Part shown: positions 29,288 through 38,544 of the stretch, piece after piece
How positions within the stretch are numbered: position 1 is the first letter of the stretch
Layout: each line of letters begins with the position of its first letter
Source of the DNA: Acidobacteriota bacterium
GTDB lineage: Bacteria; Acidobacteriota; Thermoanaerobaculia; Gp7-AA8
DNA: 64,000 nucleotides
Assembly (NCBI GenBank): GCA_019244185.1
Contig: JAFATB010000025.1
Span: 64,001-128,000 of the forward strand
Direction of reading: 5' to 3'
Notes under the pieces: model-generated
Databases searched by the model: none
The model's input: only the letters and a program-made list of their open reading frames with translations
Told to the model about the DNA's origin: nothing
Translations under genes and position numbers: made by a program

Positions 29288-29647
29288 GTGTTCCGCCTGA
29301 TCCTGCACGAGCTGCTCGCAACGACTTCCGGCGCCATCGCGGCGCTGTTCCTCGACTATGAAGGCGAGACCGTGGAGCTGGTCTGCGACCGCGATCTCGA
29401 CGACCACACGCTGCGCATCCTCGGCGCATACCAGGGCATCTTCCTCACGCGCCTGCGCGAGCTCTGCGCGCACCTCGAGGCGGGCGCGCCGCAGCGCTAC
29501 AAGATCGACTTCGCCGAGCACAGCGTGCTCAGCTCCGATCTGAAGGACGGCTACTACCTCGTCCTCCTCGCCGACGCCACGCTCAATGAGGGCGTGGCGT
29601 GGCGGAAGATCGAGAAGTGCCGCGAGCGGCTGCTTGCGGAGATCTGA
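29288..29647 (+). CDS. Roadblock/LC7 (MglB-like) protein
   Basis: 119 aa; GAIAALFLDYEGETV; YYLVLLAD..NEG. Confidence 0.7.
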   Translation: MFRLILHELLATTSGAIAALFLDYEGETVELVCDRDLDDHTLRILGAYQGIFLTRLRELCAHLEAGAPQRYKIDFAEHSVLSSDLKDGYYLVLLADATLNEGVAWRKIEKCRERLLAEI

Positions 29648-29651
29648 GCCG

Positions 29652-29966
29652 CTACGATTCTTCGAGCGCCTCGAGACTGGAGAGGATGCTCTCGATGCGG
29701 TCGCGCACTTCGCCGCGCTCGCGTTTGAAGCGGTCGTGTTCTTCCTCGAGCGACTCGAGGCGCGTGGACGTGTCGTCGTGATCGCGCAGGCGCGACTCGA
29801 GCTCGTCGACGCGCGCGCGCAGCTGTTCGCGCTCGCGGCGCAGGTCCTGAATCATGGCCACGGCTTTCTCGACGCGCTCGCCGAGGCGCGCGAGAATCTC
29901 GCTCTCGCCGCTGGTGTCGGTATCGGCGTCGGACGTCGTGGAATCGTTGTCTCGGTTCTTTTTCAT
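29652..29966 (-). CDS. ZapB-like coiled-coil protein
   Basis: LGERVEKAVAMIQDLRRE..ERGEVRDRIESIL. Confidence 0.65.
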   Translation of the reverse strand: MKKNRDNDSTTSDADTDTSGESEILARLGERVEKAVAMIQDLRREREQLRARVDELESRLRDHDDTSTRLESLEEEHDRFKRERGEVRDRIESILSSLEALEES

Positions 29967-29984
29967 AGGCGGCGCGGATTGTAG

Positions 29985-30554
29985 CTATTTCTTCGCCGGA
30001 GTCAGCAGCCCAATGCGCTCGTTCCTGCGCGACGCGTCCATGACGCGCTGCAGACGCCGCTCGCGCGTCGCCTCCTGCTTGGCCGACATCACGTGGAACG
30101 AGAGCCAGCGGCGATAGCCCGGCGGCTGCGCTGCCCAGAACTTCCATGCTTTCGCGTCGGCGCGGAACTTCTCCTCGTACTCCGGCGAGAGCTCGCGCGG
30201 CTGTTCCGCGTACGAGTACACCGCGGGCTTTCCCCGCTCGAAGGCCGCGAGTCCGGCCGGCTGGATGCGGCCGAGCGCGCGCAGCTCGTCGAAGCGTTTG
30301 AGGTTCACCTTGCTCCACTTGCTCTGCGCGCGTCGCGGCGTGAAGCGGATCGTGTAGCTCGTGTCGTCGAGTCGCCGCCGCACGCCGTCGATCCAGCCGA
30401 AGCAGAGCGCCTCGTCGACCGACTCCGGCCAGGTCATGCTCTTCTTTCCCGAGTCGACCTTGTGGAAGCCGACGAGCAGCTCGGTCGCGGATTCGTGGTG
30501 CTTCGCGAGCCAGCGGCGGAAGGCGGCGGGAGTCTCGAAGAAGGTCGGCGTCAC
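29985..30554 (-). CDS. YdeI/OmpD-associated family protein
   Basis: SVDEALCFGWIDG, RFTPRR..SKWS, AKQEATRERRL. Confidence 0.88.
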   Translation of the reverse strand: MTPTFFETPAAFRRWLAKHHESATELLVGFHKVDSGKKSMTWPESVDEALCFGWIDGVRRRLDDTSYTIRFTPRRAQSKWSKVNLKRFDELRALGRIQPAGLAAFERGKPAVYSYAEQPRELSPEYEEKFRADAKAWKFWAAQPPGYRRWLSFHVMSAKQEATRERRLQRVMDASRRNERIGLLTPAKK

Positions 30555-30564
30555 GCGGAGGATT

Positions 30565-31515
30565 TTAGAATCGCACGCGCCCGAGGACGCTCTCCGCGGC
30601 GTCGTGCGGATTGTTGCGCTTGTGCAGCACGTCGTCGAGCATCGACTCGTACGCGTCGCGCGGAATCGTGCCGCCGATGACGCGCGCCATGAAGCCTTCT
30701 TTGAGCTGCGTCTCGATGCGGATGCGCACGCGGTCGCGGTTGCGCCGCACGAGCTCCCCCGATTCGGCGAGGTAGTCGTAGTGCTTCGCGATCGCGGCGT
30801 CGAGATCGTCGATGCCTTCGCGGCGCGACGCCACCGTCTTCACGATCGGCGGCACCCAGTCGCCGTGCTCTTCGACGAGCGACATCATCATCGTGATCTC
30901 GGTGACGGTCTTGTCCGCGCCGGGACGATCGGCTTTGTTGACGACGAAGACGTCGCCGATCTCCATGATGCCCGCCTTGATCGCCTGAATGTCGTCGCCC
31001 ATCCCCGGCACGAGCACGACGAGGTTCGTCTGCACGGTGCGTACGACTTCGACTTCGTCCTGCCCGACGCCGACGGTCTCGACGAGCACGACGTCGAAGC
31101 CGGCGGCGTCGAGGATGTCGACGACGTCGTTGGTCGCTTTCGCCAGTCCGCCGAGAAAGCCGCGCGTGGCCATCGAGCGGATGAAGACGCCGCGGTCGGT
31201 GTAGAGCTCCGTCATGCGGATGCGATCGCCGAGGATCGCGCCGCCGGTGAACGGCGAGGTCGGATCGACGGCGATGATCCCGACGCGCTTCTCCCGCGCG
31301 CGGTAATGCTTGGCCAGCGCCGCTACGAGCGTCGACTTCCCCGCGCCGGGCGAGCCGGTGATGCCGATGATGCGCGCGCGTCCGGTCGCCGGATAGACCT
31401 CCGCGAGCAGCTTCGCCGCGCGCGCATCGTGCGACTCGACGAGCGAGATCGCCTGCCCGAGAGCGCGCGGACGGCCGGAGGTGACGGCGGAGGCGAGAGC
31501 GTGGAGGTCCGTCAT
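30565..31515 (-). CDS. meaB: Methylmalonyl-CoA mutase-associated GTPase MeaB
   Basis: GSPGAGKST, VDPTSPFTGGAILGDRIRM, ETVGVGQ, NKAD. Confidence 0.93.
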   Translation of the reverse strand: MTDLHALASAVTSGRPRALGQAISLVESHDARAAKLLAEVYPATGRARIIGITGSPGAGKSTLVAALAKHYRAREKRVGIIAVDPTSPFTGGAILGDRIRMTELYTDRGVFIRSMATRGFLGGLAKATNDVVDILDAAGFDVVLVETVGVGQDEVEVVRTVQTNLVVLVPGMGDDIQAIKAGIMEIGDVFVVNKADRPGADKTVTEITMMMSLVEEHGDWVPPIVKTVASRREGIDDLDAAIAKHYDYLAESGELVRRNRDRVRIRIETQLKEGFMARVIGGTIPRDAYESMLDDVLHKRNNPHDAAESVLGRVRF

Positions 31516-31525
31516 GGGAAAAGCT

Positions 31526-31624
31526 GAATGAAGAACGCAGAACGCAGAACGTAGAACGTAGAAAGGAGCACCGGTCTCCCCTTTCTCAATTCTTCATTCT
31601 GCGTTCTGCATTCTTCATTCATCG
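31526..31624 (+). repeat. Heptamer foldback element, copy 2
   Basis: GAATGAA GAACGCA..GAAAGGAGCAC loop TTCTCAA TTCTTCA TTCTGCG TTCTGCA TTCTTCA. Confidence 0.88.
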
Positions 31625-31633
31625 TCCTACGCC

Positions 31634-32776
31634 TCACTCCGCCAACAGGTTCCGCGCAATCACGACGCGCTGAATCTCCGACGTTCCCTCGCCGATCGTG
31701 CACAGCTTCACGTCGCGATAGTACTTCTCCGCCGGGAACTCTTTGATGAAGCCGTAGCCGCCGAAGATCTGCACGCCTTTCTCGGTCGCGCGCACCGCGA
31801 CCTCGGACGCATACAGCTTCGCCATCGCCGAGAACTGCGTCACGCGCTCGCCCGCGTCCTTGATCGTCGCGGCGCGATGGCAGAGCAGGCGCGCGGCGTC
31901 GATCTCCGTAGCCATGTCGGCAAGCATGAACTGGATCGCCTGGAAGCTGGCGATGGCCTGGCCGAACGCCTGCCGCTGTTTCGCATAGCCGCGCGCGGCC
32001 TCGTACGCGCCGCGCGCGATGCCGACGGCGAGCGCGCCGATCGAGATGCGGCCGCCGTCGAGGACTTTCATCGAGTCGATGAAGCCGTAGCCGAGCTTGC
32101 CGAGCACGTTCGCGTCGGGAACGCGGCAGTCTTCGAGCACGAGCTCCGCGGTGTCGGAGACGCGCATGCCGAGCTTGTTCTCTTTCTTGCCGGGACGGAT
32201 GCCGTCGCGGTCCATCTCCACCGCGAACGCGGTGATGCCGTGCTTCTTGTCCTCGCGATCGGTGACCGCGAGCACGACCGCGATGTTCGCGTACGTCGCG
32301 TTGGTGATGAAGTTCTTCGTGCCGTTGATCACCCACTCGTCGCCGTCTTTCACGGCAACCGTTCGCATGCCCGAGGCGTCGCTGCCGGAGCCGGGCTCGG
32401 TGAGTCCCCACGCGCCGATCCATTCGCCGGACGTGAGCTTCGGCAGCCACTGCTTCTTCTGCTCTTCATTGCCGGCGAGGTAGATATGACCGGTGCACAG
32501 GGAATTGTGCGCCGCCACGCTGAGCGCGAACCCGCTGTCGACGACGCCGAGCTCCTCGATGACGTTCACGTAGTCGACGTACGAGAGCCCCGCGCCGCCG
32601 TATTGTTCCGGAATCGTGACACCGAGCATTCCGAGCTCGCCGGCGCGCTTGAACGTGTCGACGGGGAAATGCTGCGCCTCGTCCCACTCCGCGAGGTTCG
32701 GTTTGATCTCGCTTTCCGCGAAATCACGCACCATTTGCTGGATCTGTAGCTGTTCCTCGGTGAGACGGAAATCCAT
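31634..32776 (-). CDS. Acyl-CoA dehydrogenase
   Basis: GAWGLTEPGSGSDA, GGRISIGA, QIFGGYGF, IGEGTSEIQ. Confidence 0.93.
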   Translation of the reverse strand: MDFRLTEEQLQIQQMVRDFAESEIKPNLAEWDEAQHFPVDTFKRAGELGMLGVTIPEQYGGAGLSYVDYVNVIEELGVVDSGFALSVAAHNSLCTGHIYLAGNEEQKKQWLPKLTSGEWIGAWGLTEPGSGSDASGMRTVAVKDGDEWVINGTKNFITNATYANIAVVLAVTDREDKKHGITAFAVEMDRDGIRPGKKENKLGMRVSDTAELVLEDCRVPDANVLGKLGYGFIDSMKVLDGGRISIGALAVGIARGAYEAARGYAKQRQAFGQAIASFQAIQFMLADMATEIDAARLLCHRAATIKDAGERVTQFSAMAKLYASEVAVRATEKGVQIFGGYGFIKEFPAEKYYRDVKLCTIGEGTSEIQRVVIARNLLAE

Positions 32777-32866
32777 GTGCAGGCACTCCTCAGGGGTTTT
32801 TGTTGCGATGCGACTTCGGTAAGCGGCGGCGGATTCTACACCGCCCGCGCATGGCAGAATGGTTTC

Positions 32867-33400
32867 GTGAGACCGCGCACGTTCCTGCTGTTCCTCCTCC
32901 TCCCCACGCTGGCCTTCGCGCGCACGCGCACCGTCGTGCCTCCCCGACCGACGGCGCCGTTCCGCGCCGACTTCCTCGCCAACCTCGACGACGTGCAGTC
33001 GAAGATCGTCGAGCTCGCCGCGGCGATGCCGGAGGAGAAGTACAACTGGCGCCCCGGCCCCGGCGTGCGCTCCGTCAGCGAGGTGTTCATGCACATCGCA
33101 GGCGCGAATTACCTGCTCTCCACGTTCCTCGGCGTCGAGCCGCCCGCCGGACTCGACACCGATCTCGAGAAGCACGTCACGCGCAAAGCGGACGTGCTCG
33201 CACAACTCAAGAAATCGTTCGAGCACCTGCGCAATGCGACGGGCACCGTGACCGATCTCGAGACGCGCGTGAAGATGTTCGGCGAAACGACCACGCAGCG
33301 CGGCGTGATGATGACGATGCTCAGCCATCTCCACGAGCACCTCGGGCAGTCGATCGCCTACGCGCGCATGAACGGCGTCACGCCCCCCTGGAGTCGGTAG
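32867..33400 (+). CDS. Secreted DinB family protein
   Basis: Signal peptide; WRPGPGVRSVSEVFMHIA; HLHEHLGQ. Confidence 0.85.
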   Translation: MRPRTFLLFLLLPTLAFARTRTVVPPRPTAPFRADFLANLDDVQSKIVELAAAMPEEKYNWRPGPGVRSVSEVFMHIAGANYLLSTFLGVEPPAGLDTDLEKHVTRKADVLAQLKKSFEHLRNATGTVTDLETRVKMFGETTTQRGVMMTMLSHLHEHLGQSIAYARMNGVTPPWSR

Positions 33401-34010
33401 CCGCGCCGGTCGTCTCGTCTTTGATCGGCGTGCCCTTCGTCAGCGTCAGCGGCACCACGCCCGCCCACACCGGCAGCGCGTAGTCCTCGGCATCGTCGAT
33501 CGGTCCGCCGGTGCGGATCTTCGCCGATGCTTCCGCGATCGGCAGCGCGAGCACGAGCGTCTGCCGCAGCTCGCTCTCGTTCGGCCCGCGCACGAGCGCC
33601 GAGCGCCCCGGCACGACATGCTCGACGAGCCGGTCGAGCGCGCGCAGCTTCTCCTCGCGCTCGTCGACGAGACGCGCGCGTCCGAAGACGACGACCGAGC
33701 GGTAGTTCATCGAGTGATGAAACGCCGAGCGCGCGAGCACGAGGCCGTCGAGCAGCGTGACGGTGACGCACGCTTCGACGCCGTCGCGCAGCGTCCGCAA
33801 CATGCGGCTGGCGGCCGAGCCGTGGAAATAGAGCTCGTCGCCGTCGCGCCAGTGAATCGTGGGAATCACGACGGGCGCGCCGTCGACGACGAAGCCGACG
33901 TGGCAGATGAGCGCCTCGTCGAGGATCGCGTCGATGGTGGCGCGGTCGTACGCGCCGCGCTTCGGCAGGCGCTTCACGCGCGTGCGTTCGTTGACGAGCA
34001 GGTCGCTCAT
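33378..34010 (-). CDS. Pyridoxamine 5'-phosphate oxidase-like flavin-binding protein (NimA-like)
   Basis: LDEALICHVGF, HGSAASRM, ARSAFHHSMNYRSVV. Confidence 0.88.
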   Translation of the reverse strand: MSDLLVNERTRVKRLPKRGAYDRATIDAILDEALICHVGFVVDGAPVVIPTIHWRDGDELYFHGSAASRMLRTLRDGVEACVTVTLLDGLVLARSAFHHSMNYRSVVVFGRARLVDEREEKLRALDRLVEHVVPGRSALVRGPNESELRQTLVLALPIAEASAKIRTGGPIDDAEDYALPVWAGVVPLTLTKGTPIKDETTGAATDSRGA

Positions 34011-34417
34011 TCGGTGATCCTTTCGTTCGGCGCGAGCGCCCAGGCGTTCGTCTTCTGCGTGAAGCCGACGTGCCCGTAGTAGTCCGCGGCGGCCGGCGCG
34101 GCCAGGAGCAGCACCGTGGCCTGCGGCGCCGCGGCCTGCGTGCGGCGCATCAGCTCCTTGCCGATGCCCTGCTTCTGATGCGAGACGCGCACGGCGAGGT
34201 CAGAGAGATACGTGTACCAGACCCAATCCGTGACCGAGCGCGAGATGCCGACGAGGAGGTCGCCATCCCACGCGGTGATGATGAGGTCCGCCTCGCGCAG
34301 CATGGTGGCGAAGCGCTCGTGGTCGTCGATGGGCCGCCGCTCGCCGAGGGTCGAGGCGACGTAGAGCTCGTGGGCGAGATCGTGGTCGAGGTCGGGCGTG
34401 ACTTTGTATTCGATCAT
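34007..34417 (-). CDS. GNAT N-acetyltransferase
   Basis: YLSDLAVRVSHQKQGIGKELM. Confidence 0.88.
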   Translation of the reverse strand: MIEYKVTPDLDHDLAHELYVASTLGERRPIDDHERFATMLREADLIITAWDGDLLVGISRSVTDWVWYTYLSDLAVRVSHQKQGIGKELMRRTQAAAPQATVLLLAAPAAADYYGHVGFTQKTNAWALAPNERITE

Positions 34418-34456
34418 TTTGTTCTAGTACAATCAGCGTCCTATGCTGATACAAAC
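34403..34456. promoter_or_regulatory. Divergent promoter and probable MocR operator
   Basis: TTGT-N6-ACAA dyad, flanking TTTGTAT and ATACAAA repeats, TACAAT -10. Confidence 0.5.
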
Positions 34457-35753
34457 CTACATCAGCGGCACGAGCACCGTCAACATCGCCGCGTCCGTCG
34501 AATCGGCGGTGGCGGCCGGACGCGCTCCGTCCGGCGCACAGCTCCCGCCGGTGCGCACCCTCGCCGCGCACCTCGGCGTCGCCCCGGCGACGGTCGCCGC
34601 GGCGTATCGCCTGCTGCAGGATCGCGGCGTCGTCGTCGCGGACGGACGCCGCGGCACGCGCGTCCGTCCTGCGCCGCCGATCTCGCTGCCGGCCGAAGCC
34701 CCGCTGCCGCCGGGCGTGCGCGACCTCGCGGAAGGGAATCCCGATCTCACGCTCCTCCCCGACCTCGCCGCGGCCATGCGCCGCGTGAAGGTGGAGCAGC
34801 GGCTGTACAGCGACGCCGATCTCAATGACCCCGATCTCCTCGCGCTGGCGCGCGAGCAGTTCCGCGCCGACCGCGTGCCGAACGAGCACGTGAGCGTGGT
34901 CTCCGGCGCGCTCGACGGCATCGAACGCGTCGCGCGCGAGCACCTCCGCCCCGGCGACCGCGTCGCCGTCGAGGATCCGTGCTTCACGGGCGTCCTCGAT
35001 CTGCTGCACGCGCAGTCGCTCGTCGCGGTCCCGGTTCCCGTCGACGACGAAGGGATGATCCCCGGCGAGCTGCGCCGCGCGCTCCGCTCCGCAAGCGCCG
35101 TGATCGTGACGCCGCGCGCGCAGAATCCCACCGGCGCCGCGCACTCCCCTCGCCGCGCGCGCGAGCTCCGCACGGTCCTCGCCGCGCGTCGCGACGTGCT
35201 CGTCATCGAAGACGACCACGCCGGCCCCGTCGCCGGCGCCAACTACATCACGCTCATCGACCGCCAACGCGAACGGTGGGCGGTCGTGCGCTCCGTCTCG
35301 AAGTCGCTCGGCCCCGACCTCCGCGTCGCGCTCCTCGCCTCCGACGCCCAAACACACGCGCGCGTCGAAGGCCGCCAGACCCTCGGCATCCGCTGGGTCA
35401 GCCACCTCCTGCAACGTCTCGTCGTCGCCGCCTCCCGCGACCGTACCCCGTCCCGCGCGAGCCGCGTCTACGCCGAGCGCCGCCACGCACTCCTCCGCGC
35501 ACTCGCTGCACACGGCATCGCCGCCCACGGCCGCTCCGGCCTCAATGTCTGGATCCCCGTCCCGGAAGAGCATACGGTCGTCCAAGCTCTCCTGCACGCC
35601 GGCTGGGGCGTCAAAGCCGGCGAACGCTATCGCCTGACCTCGCCCCCCGCCATCCGCGTCACGACCGCCACGCTCACCCCGCGCGACGCCCAACGCTTCG
35701 CCGACGACCTCGCGCGCGTTCTCGCGCCGAAACGTCGCACGACGGGGGTCTGA
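34443..35753 (+). CDS. MocR/GabR family regulator (GntR HTH + PLP aminotransferase domain)
   Basis: LPPVRTLAAHLGVAPATVAAAY; AQNPTG; IEDD; SVSKSLGPDLR. Confidence 0.9.
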   Translation: MLIQTYISGTSTVNIAASVESAVAAGRAPSGAQLPPVRTLAAHLGVAPATVAAAYRLLQDRGVVVADGRRGTRVRPAPPISLPAEAPLPPGVRDLAEGNPDLTLLPDLAAAMRRVKVEQRLYSDADLNDPDLLALAREQFRADRVPNEHVSVVSGALDGIERVAREHLRPGDRVAVEDPCFTGVLDLLHAQSLVAVPVPVDDEGMIPGELRRALRSASAVIVTPRAQNPTGAAHSPRRARELRTVLAARRDVLVIEDDHAGPVAGANYITLIDRQRERWAVVRSVSKSLGPDLRVALLASDAQTHARVEGRQTLGIRWVSHLLQRLVVAASRDRTPSRASRVYAERRHALLRALAAHGIAAHGRSGLNVWIPVPEEHTVVQALLHAGWGVKAGERYRLTSPPAIRVTTATLTPRDAQRFADDLARVLAPKRRTTGV

Positions 35754-35756
35754 CGA

Positions 35757-35899
35757 GGAGCGCCTCCGGCGGGCCGGCGCGGCCGGCAGCGCTGAGGGCC
35801 TAGCCAGACGCACGTGCGGCTGCCCTGAATGGGGTTGATCGCGAACCTAAGCGCTGCCGGCCGTGCCGGCCCGCCGGAGGCGCTCCCGGTCGGTTCCCT
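35757..35899. repeat. REP-like inverted doublet (copies 2 and 3)
   Basis: + copy at 35757-35829; partial - copy at 35847-35899 overlapping the aconitase 3' end. Confidence 0.88.
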
Positions 35900-37883
35900 G
35901 TCGCGTGAACATGCCCGGCGTGTACGACGTGATCGTGCCGGTGAATGCGGAGGCGGCGACGGTGAGGGGCGAGGCGAGCCAGAGTTTGCCGGGGCCGCTG
36001 CGGCCTTTGTAGTTGCGGTTGATCGCGCTCACGGTCACCTGGTCGCCGGTCTCCGAGACGCCGGGGCCGCAGCCGATGCAGGCGCCGCAGCCGGGGTTGA
36101 GCACCTTCGCGCCGGCGCGTTCGAACGTGTCGACGAGGCCGTTGTCGCGCGCGAACGCTTCGACGGCGGCGGAGCCGAACTGGATGAAGAACTGCACGCC
36201 GTCGGCGACGCGCAGCCCCGCGTCGACCGCTTCCTTCGCGACCTGATGGTAGAAGAGGAAGTCGTCGATCTTGCCGGCGGTGCACGAGCCGGCGTAGGCG
36301 ATGTCGATGCGCACCTCGCCGATGTCGTCGATGCGCGCGCCGTTCGTCGGATCGCTCGGAATGCCCTCGTCGGGATCGCCGGGATGCGCGACCATCGGCT
36401 CGATCGTCGAGAGATCAATCACGTGCACGCCGCCCGCGTACTGCGCGTCGGGATCGGGCTGCACGGCGCGGGCGCGGAGCGCGTTGAGATCGACGCCGGG
36501 ACGCATCGCCGCGATCCACGCGAACGTCTGCTCGTCGGCTTCGACGATGGCCGTGCGCGCGGAGCATTCGGTGGCCATGTTCGCGAGCGTGGCGCGCTCG
36601 TCGAGGGAGAGACTGCGCAGGCCAGGACCGGTGAACTCCATGATGCGGTCGAGCGTCAGCTGCGGCTTCGCGTACTCGAGGAGGATGTGCAGCATCACGT
36701 CCTTCGCGGTGACGTTCGGCTGCAGCGCGCCGGTGAGCTCGAAGCGGATCGACTCGGAGACCTCGACGGTCGTGAAGCCGCCGTGCGCGAGGTTCGCGTA
36801 CTCCGTCGCGCCGACGCCCCACGCCAGCGCGTTGTTCACGCCGCCCATGCAGGTATGGCTGTCGGTGGCCTGGATGAAATCGCCCGGATCGATGAACGCC
36901 TCGCGCGCGACCTCGTGGCAAATGCCGGGCGAGATGTTGTTCGTCGCGGAGAAATCGCGGCAGCCGGTGTGGCGCTGGTAGTCGCGCTGCATGTCGCGCA
37001 GCGTCTGGATCTTGTCCATGAACGGCCGCATGCGCGGCACGTCGTCGGTGTAGATGAGGTGATCCTCGAAGACCGCGAACTTCTGCGGATTCACGATCGC
37101 GTAGTCGTCGCCGTATTCATCGCCGAGGAAGTAGTGGACCTGCGCGGTGGTGAACTCGTGCGTGTAGCCGCCGTCGACATCGACCACCACCGCATCGCCC
37201 GGCTTCACGTAGCGCTCATGCTCTTCGACGCCACGCATGTGCCGCGCGAGGATCTTCTCGCCCATGGTCATCGGACGCGCCTCGTTGTGCGGCACCGGCA
37301 ACGCGACTTCGCCTCGCGCCACCGCCTTCGAGAACGGGAACAGACCGCCCCATTCGATGATGAGCTTGGTGATCGGATCGTAGCCTTCGCAGAATTCCGC
37401 GAGCGCCACGCCCTCCCCCGCCTGCAGCCGCACGAGCATGTCGTGGTCGGCCATCAGCAGTCCCTGGTTGATGTTGTTCCCCGCGTGGATCGGCGCGAAC
37501 GACGCCGCCACGGCGATGCGAATGCCGCTGAACACTTCGCACTGCGTCGCGGTCTCGCGCGAACTGCCCACCCCTTTCCGATATCCCGAGACGATCACTT
37601 CAAAGTTGCCGTTGCGCAACGCGTCCGCCGGAACCAGCCGCTCGCCCTTGACGATGAGCCCCGCGTACGCGTTCCGCGCGATGTCTTCCGGTTTGTAGTC
37701 GAAGCAAACCCACGCCGGAGTCATGGCGTCCGTGTTGATGTCGTCGAGCAGGTCCTCGACGCGCAGGTCTTTCATCTGCAAGTCGAGCTCGCCGGCCAAT
37801 TGCCTGCGGATGAGCTCCGGGTCTTTCGTGAGGAACAACACGCGTTTGCCAGGCGTGAGCGTGACCATCTGAGGAGGTTTCAT
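35847..37883 (-). CDS. Aconitase-family hydro-lyase, fused small (LeuD-like) and large (LeuC-like) subunits
   Basis: N-terminal DINTDAMTP and GVGSSRE; C-terminal GICH, DSHT, GSCT, PGCGACIG, NRNYKGR. Confidence 0.88.
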   Translation of the reverse strand: MKPPQMVTLTPGKRVLFLTKDPELIRRQLAGELDLQMKDLRVEDLLDDINTDAMTPAWVCFDYKPEDIARNAYAGLIVKGERLVPADALRNGNFEVIVSGYRKGVGSSRETATQCEVFSGIRIAVAASFAPIHAGNNINQGLLMADHDMLVRLQAGEGVALAEFCEGYDPITKLIIEWGGLFPFSKAVARGEVALPVPHNEARPMTMGEKILARHMRGVEEHERYVKPGDAVVVDVDGGYTHEFTTAQVHYFLGDEYGDDYAIVNPQKFAVFEDHLIYTDDVPRMRPFMDKIQTLRDMQRDYQRHTGCRDFSATNNISPGICHEVAREAFIDPGDFIQATDSHTCMGGVNNALAWGVGATEYANLAHGGFTTVEVSESIRFELTGALQPNVTAKDVMLHILLEYAKPQLTLDRIMEFTGPGLRSLSLDERATLANMATECSARTAIVEADEQTFAWIAAMRPGVDLNALRARAVQPDPDAQYAGGVHVIDLSTIEPMVAHPGDPDEGIPSDPTNGARIDDIGEVRIDIAYAGSCTAGKIDDFLFYHQVAKEAVDAGLRVADGVQFFIQFGSAAVEAFARDNGLVDTFERAGAKVLNPGCGACIGCGPGVSETGDQVTVSAINRNYKGRSGPGKLWLASPLTVAASAFTGTITSYTPGMFTRQGTDRERLRRAGTAGSA

Positions 37884-37924
37884 CGCGCTCCTTTTAACAG
37901 ATTCGGCGCTCCGGCGATTGCACG

Positions 37925-38100
37925 AGGGAACCGACGAGAGCGCCTCCGGCGGGCCGGCGCGGCCGGCGGCGCTAAGGGCCTAGCCGCGACGCACGTGCGG
38001 TCGCGGTGAACGTCGTTGACTGCAGCCGCACGTGCGTACTGGCTAAGCCCTTAGCGCTGCCGGCCGCGCCGGCCCGCCGGAGGCGCTCCCGGTCGTCCCC
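37925..38100. repeat. REP-like inverted doublet (copies 4 and 5)
   Basis: + copy at 37938-38010 and - copy at 38021-38089 form a ~150-bp hairpin. Confidence 0.9.
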
Positions 38101-38101
38101 C

Positions 38102-38139
38102 TTGCATCGTCAGAACGTCGATGCTAATGTATTAGCATC
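38102..38139 (+). promoter_or_regulatory. sigma70 promoter with BlaI-type operator
   Basis: TTGCAT-17bp-TAATGT, overlapped by the dyad GATGCTAATGTATTAGCATC (38120-38139). Confidence 0.7.
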
Positions 38140-38544
38140 ATGTCAATGAGCAAGCAGCAGGACTTGGGGCAGCTGGGGCGGCGGGAGCGGCAGATCATGG
38201 ACGTCATTCTCCGGCGCGGGCGGGCGACGGCGGCGGAGGTGCGGGAGGATCTGGACGATCCGCCGACGTACTCGTCGGTGCGCGGCATGTTGCGGCTGCT
38301 CGAGGAGAAAGGCTTCGTGCGGCATGAATGGGACGGACCGCGGTACGTCTATCTGCCGACGGCCGATCCGGAGCATGTGCGCAACTCCGCCGTGCGCCAT
38401 CTGCTCAACACCTTTTTCAGCAACTCCATCGAATCGGCGGTGGCGGCGATGCTCGGCGTGGCCGAGAAGCCGCCCTCGGAAGAAGAGTTGAAGCGGCTCG
38501 GCAAGTTGATCGAGCAGGCCGGCCGCAGGAGAACCCGCAAATGA
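38140..38544 (+). CDS. BlaI/MecI/CopY repressor
   Basis: LGRRERQIMD..PTYSSVRGMLRLLEEKG..LLNTFF. Confidence 0.9.
   Translation: MSMSKQQDLGQLGRRERQIMDVILRRGRATAAEVREDLDDPPTYSSVRGMLRLLEEKGFVRHEWDGPRYVYLPTADPEHVRNSAVRHLLNTFFSNSIESAVAAMLGVAEKPPSEEELKRLGKLIEQAGRRRTRK

Noticed and set aside
29652-29966. zapB-zapA-6S RNA-rny locus
   Set aside because: No zapA or 6S-like sequence follows; the next gene is convergent
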